From the NCBI RefSeq assembly GCF_963921235.1, contig NC_086097.1, positions 122,762,001 through 122,826,000 of the forward strand: DNA of 64,000 bases. The letters are read 5' to 3'. This stretch comes from Mobula hypostoma (taxonomy: Eukaryota). The notes beneath the pieces were generated by a model, which saw only the letters and a list, made by a program, of their open reading frames with translations, had not been told where the DNA came from and ran no database searches. Of the stretch, positions 59,740 to 64,000 are shown one piece after another (within the stretch, counting starts at the first letter, position 1; every line of letters begins with the position of its first letter). The position numbers and the translations under genes are program-made.

Positions 59740-59840
59740 TGGTTCACTCTTAACTACCCCAGAAATTCCCAAGCAAGCCATTCAGTTCAAGGGCATGATC
59801 GTTAAATGATGGCTTTGCCAGAAACACCTACATTCAGTGA
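59740..59840 (+). mobile_element. Possible Deu-SINE (SacSINE1/AmnSINE1-like) 3' remnant
   Basis: ggttcactcttaactacccc..gaaat..cc.agcaagcca.tcagttcaagggca...aaatgatggctttgccag; tail similar to 28390-28460. Confidence 0.45.
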
Positions 59841-60404
59841 AGGAACGAAACACTAAGACAGAAAGCTGAGGCACACGCATAAAAATTAATCAGAAAGATC
59901 AATGGAATGTCGGCTTTCATCTCAAGGGAGCTGCAGTATAAAGGAAAAGTCTTTTTGTTACAACTGCATGAAGCCCTCATCTGAGCCCTGATGGAGAATT
60001 GCTCAGAAACTGGTACACTACACTGAAGGAAGTAGAACACAGAAGAAGCAAAATAATGAGCATTAAGGAAGAGAGTATCTTGCAGAGACTTTTTTTATAT
60101 TTCTTTGAATATAGAAGAGGTGATCTGGCCTAGCTGTTTAGAACCAAATGATTTAACAAGATTAATGCCGAAAAATAGTTTTTCTATATACAAACTGTAG
60201 ATAGAAGATTAGATGTATTTGTTGCATGCACATTAAAACATACAATGAAAGGTATCGCTAGCTTCAAATCAACTCAGTGGTGATTGTGCTGGCCAGCCTG
60301 CAAGTGTCACCAAGCTTCAAGGAATTCTCTCATTAGAAACTTTTTTTTCTTTTTCTTTATTAACTACATTTTTTCTGTATTATTCCTGTTACATAATTTT
60401 TACT

Positions 60405-60690
60405 TGTTGTGCAGATCCTACTCTCTCCTTGGCATTACAGGGGCTGCAAAGGAAAGAGTCATCAGGACCACCACAGGGGCTGTCGAGTGAGCCTCCAGAT
60501 GGCTATGGATCAAGAGTTGTGACCCGTGGACCAATGCCCCTGGGACACAAGCCAGCGTCCGATCAAATCTGACTGGGCCACCTGGGCGAGAGTCCCTGAT
60601 GTAGAAGGATCAAAAACAATTGACGGCCCCAGGTTCCCTCACTGATGTGTCCTAGTGCATCCTGGGATGTATCTCAGCAACATTATAGTT
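60405..60690 (+). mobile_element. Second HERO-clade 3' fragment (different subfamily)
   Basis: CRSYSLLGITGAAKERVIRTTTGAVE*ASRWLWIKSCDPW parallels AEESSNWIWIKR at ~30910-30950. Confidence 0.7.
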
Positions 60691-61764
60691 CGAAGCAGCT
60701 AGGTTAGGATCATTTCTTTCATGTTTGATGAAATATAAGTAAAGTATTTTAAAATTAAACGCATAAATGCTACGAGAAATTTAAGCCAGTCTCTTCCAAA
60801 TAAATATTTTAGGTAGATGATGGTGCAGGAAAAAAACAGCGTGGTATTCCTTAGTGGAGTCCTTTACAGGCAGTAAGTAAGAGGAAGACATCTGAGAGTT
60901 GCCACCTGGCTTCAGCAAGGTAGGGATGTTCTACCAGACTACAACAGCACATCCCTTGCAGGTTTGATGGTGAGATTGGGATTGGTGCAGAGAGACAGGA
61001 GGGTAGTATTAAATGATCACCCTTTAATGTTTTAACTATGTTGCTGCCTTTTATAATGTCCCATTAATGTAAAAATTTTGAAGTCTACCTTGTCATGCCC
61101 TCCAAGGATATTTAGATCTAACCCTCATTCATCTAACCACCTGAAAAAGGGTCTAATTTTCTGAGACACTTGAGGTAAGACAATGCTTTAACCAAGGATT
61201 TAGCCCAGTGAATCTCTACTGGACTATCTCCAGTACATTCATTCTGAAACAAATGGATCAAAACTGTGCACTGTACTCTTGTTATGACCTTCTTAATGCC
61301 TTGTACAATTGTAACCAGACATCCCTTCTTTTAAACTGCAAACTTTTTGCAATATAGACTGTTTGGATTTTATATGTCATTTGTCAGAATTTCACATAGA
61401 AGCCCTGCATGTGTTCTGATGTTGCTCAACCCACTGAACTCCCATAGCAGATTGTTTGTTGCTCTGGATTCCAGCATCTGCAGTCTCTCGGCCTCCAGTG
61501 AGCCATTTGCCTTCCTCACCACTGGCTGTAGCTACCTGACCACCAGTTTTGTGATTTATGTATCATAACATGACAGAAGTAATTGTGCCTTTAGTGCAAA
61601 CTATCAATCAAAGAAACTATAATATGGAAACCCAGCAAAATGCAAAGCAATGTTGGACATTGAACAATTGACCCATCTTCATTCTTTGGTCAATTTTATG
61701 TGCTACTGAAACAAAAACAGTAAATAACTTTGATTCCGGTTAATTAGTATTATCTTGTGTATCT

Positions 61765-62076
61765 TGCATGGCCAAGTGGTTAAGGCATTCGTCTAGTAAT
61801 CTGAAGGTCGCTAGTTCGAGCCTTGGCTGAGGCAGCATGTTGTGTCCTTGAGTAAGGCACTTAACCACACACTGCTCTGTGACGACACCGGGCCAAGCTG
61901 TATGGGTCTTCATGCCCTTCCCTTGGACAACATCGGTGGCGTGGAGAGGGGAGACTTGCAGCATGGGAAACTGCTGGTCTTCCATACAACCTTGCCCAGG
62001 CCTATACCTTGGAAACCTTCGAAGGCGCCAAATCCATGGTCTCACGAGACTAACGGATGCCTATCTAAAAAAAAAA
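61765..62076 (+). mobile_element. tRNA-head CORE-type SINE with A-rich tail
   Basis: A box tggccaagtgg, B-box-like agttcgagcc, tgtgtccttgagtaaggcacttaacc; head shared with 42707-42998. Confidence 0.8.
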
Positions 62077-64000
62077 CTCCAGAAACTAATTGAAAGAAAA
62101 ACCCGGGAGCTCAGGATTAAATGTGTCCACTTTATTCTACTTTAGAGAGGGGCACACACATGACATGGTGGTGTAATAATGTAGGCCATTCACATACTTT
62201 GTACATAATGAGTTAAGTAAACACACAAAGAATGGTTAATCAAATAATTTATTTACAATATTACTCAAATAGTACTAACATATTGAATACACTACACTCC
62301 TTCCTGCTTGGCTATACACTCCAACTCAATGTGGAATGCATTTCAACTCCAACATGGAATGTATTGCTCTCTAGTCACCTATACCCAGAGATATATACAC
62401 AGTATACTAAATAATACAACCACTATACAGATATCCACAGCATAGTAAATTTTTAATTCTTCCATTCAAGCTTAAATATTTAATTGTTGTGGAGGATTCC
62501 TTACTCTTGTAGAATAAAGCCTTTCCTGACCGGGGGTGGTGGGGGTGGGGGGTCATTCTGCTTAGCAGATGAGACTTGTGATTGAGAAACAATCTCAGGC
62601 TCTGGGACCATCACCGTGGTGGTTATAGGAGATGACTCTGAGACTCCAGGAAGTGGTTCTGACAGCTCTGGACACTTCTAACAATTGACTCTGCTCTCTT
62701 CAACTGATCGATGTGACATCTCCTGATGACACCAGATGCAATCTTCACTGTGTAGGACAGTAGTCCAGTTCTTATCTTAATCGTTCCAAGTAACCACCTT
62801 TGATCACCACTGTAGACCCTCAGCAGGACTGCTTGTCCAGGAGTGAAACACTGAAGCTCTTTGTTTGAAGACCCCTCAATTTGTCTCAGCTGTTTGTCCT
62901 GCATACTCCTAGATCGGGTTTGAGAAGATCCAAGTGTAAAGACAAAGGATGACCCAAGAAAAGCATAGCTGATGAGTTGTTTGTTGTGGAATGTGTTGCA
63001 CTATGATATGCAAGACAAAATTGGTAAACTTCTAATTCAGTGTCAGTGCAGTGTGTTCTGCTGGCATTGTTCACAGTACATTCTTTAAACTCTGGACAAA
63101 ACTTTCTGCCAAACCATTTGTAGCTGGGTGGTATGGTGCAGATGTACGTAACATGTGTTATTCCATTTGTTTTCAGGAATGACTGAACCTGTGGTCCATT
63201 GTCACTGACTAAATGATCTGGAACAACAATCCTTAAGAAGAGGCTTCTCAACACATCAACAGTGTACGAGGCTGTAGTGGAGGCTATTGGGAATACTTCA
63301 GGCTACTTCCTTGCTGCATCCACTACTACGAAGAAATTTGTGCCTGTGAATGGTCCGACAAAATGCACATGAATCCTCTGCCAGGGCAATGCAGGCCATT
63401 GCCAGGGATGGAAAGGAATTGCTCTTAGAATCTTCTGGATGTGTTGGCATCTGAAAAAGCACATGACCTGATGATCTACCCCAGGCTACCAGACAAAGTT
63501 GACCACACCTCAATGACTGGCATGTAGCTTTTCCAACACTTTAGCTCTCAGCTCGACTAGTACAACTCTCAATTCCCACATAAGGCAAACCCCATCAAGG
63601 GCAGTTCACCATGGTGCTAGTAAAAATGGGGAAATGGATTTTCGGCTGCACATTGCAGCCATCTTGAGTTGCCATCTCGACCTGCTACACAGTGGTTTCC
63701 TTTTGATTCATCTCTGCTGTAATAGGGAGATTTTTGATTTACGCTACATTAGGTAGAATATATCAGGAGAAGTATCCTCTTTTGTAAATTTTTCAGTTAT
63801 TTCCTTTTCCAACAGTAAATGAGACAAGCCATCAGCATTTCCATGATTAGTTGTCCTCTTGACTTGAACCTTGTAATTGTACCCTCCAAGAAACAGTCCA
63901 TCTCCGCAACCGTGCTGCTGCTGTGAGTGGAACACCCTTCTGTCGATTGAAAATGGACACCCGTGGCTGATGATCAGAAATAAGGAAAACTCTCTCTCAT
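62076..64000 (-). mobile_element. Gypsy LTR retrotransposon 3' half: RNase H end, integrase, PPT, 3' LTR (decayed)
   Basis: SDHQP, NHGNADGLS, PWQRIHVHFVGP, LVSDNGPQ, HIDQLK; purine tract agcaggaaggag at 62308-62297; LTR starts TGTAGTG at 62296 and is homologous to the 52505 LTR. Confidence 0.88.

Noticed and set aside
60810..60880. Possible small exon ending ...AGGCA|gtaagt
   Set aside because: Weak acceptor, unrecognisable peptide, no partner exons.
52505..64000. A single Gypsy element rearranged by inversion
   Set aside because: The plus-strand copy has its own 3' LTR remnant and the Rex1 host resumes at ~59470, so the minus-strand copy is a separate insertion.

Overview
Eukaryotic, almost certainly vertebrate, repeat-dominated DNA with no recognisable host-gene exon, rRNA, true tRNA or CRISPR array. 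The repeat mix (CR1 LINEs with 8-nt tails, HE1-type V-SINEs, Rex1/Babar, Penelope pseudo-LTRs) suggests a cartilaginous fish such as a ray or shark; this is inference. Main contents: (i) several CR1 subfamilies, including a young near-full-length copy at 52630-56317 (SGNH-esterase ORF1, APE-RT ORF2 with one frameshift); (ii) two decayed Gypsy elements of one family, one with a tRNA-Ser primer-binding site and nested inside a Rex1; (iii) Rex1, HERO, R4/Dong, RTE-like and Tc1 remnants and several SINE types; (iv) a ~3.8-kb C-rich 69-bp minisatellite with a 1625-bp higher-order duplication, grown inside a Penelope pseudo-LTR. The most interesting signals are RNA-structural. Penelope pLTRs carry minimal hammerhead ribozyme cores; one is a 137-bp unit with a 14-bp TSD, and another folds back at the predicted cleavage site. 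A HERO 3' UTR contains hammerhead core pieces in a non-canonical strand order, which is an untested hypothesis. Family calls come from motif recognition by eye, not database searches. Boundaries of old elements are approximate (about 20-50 bp).
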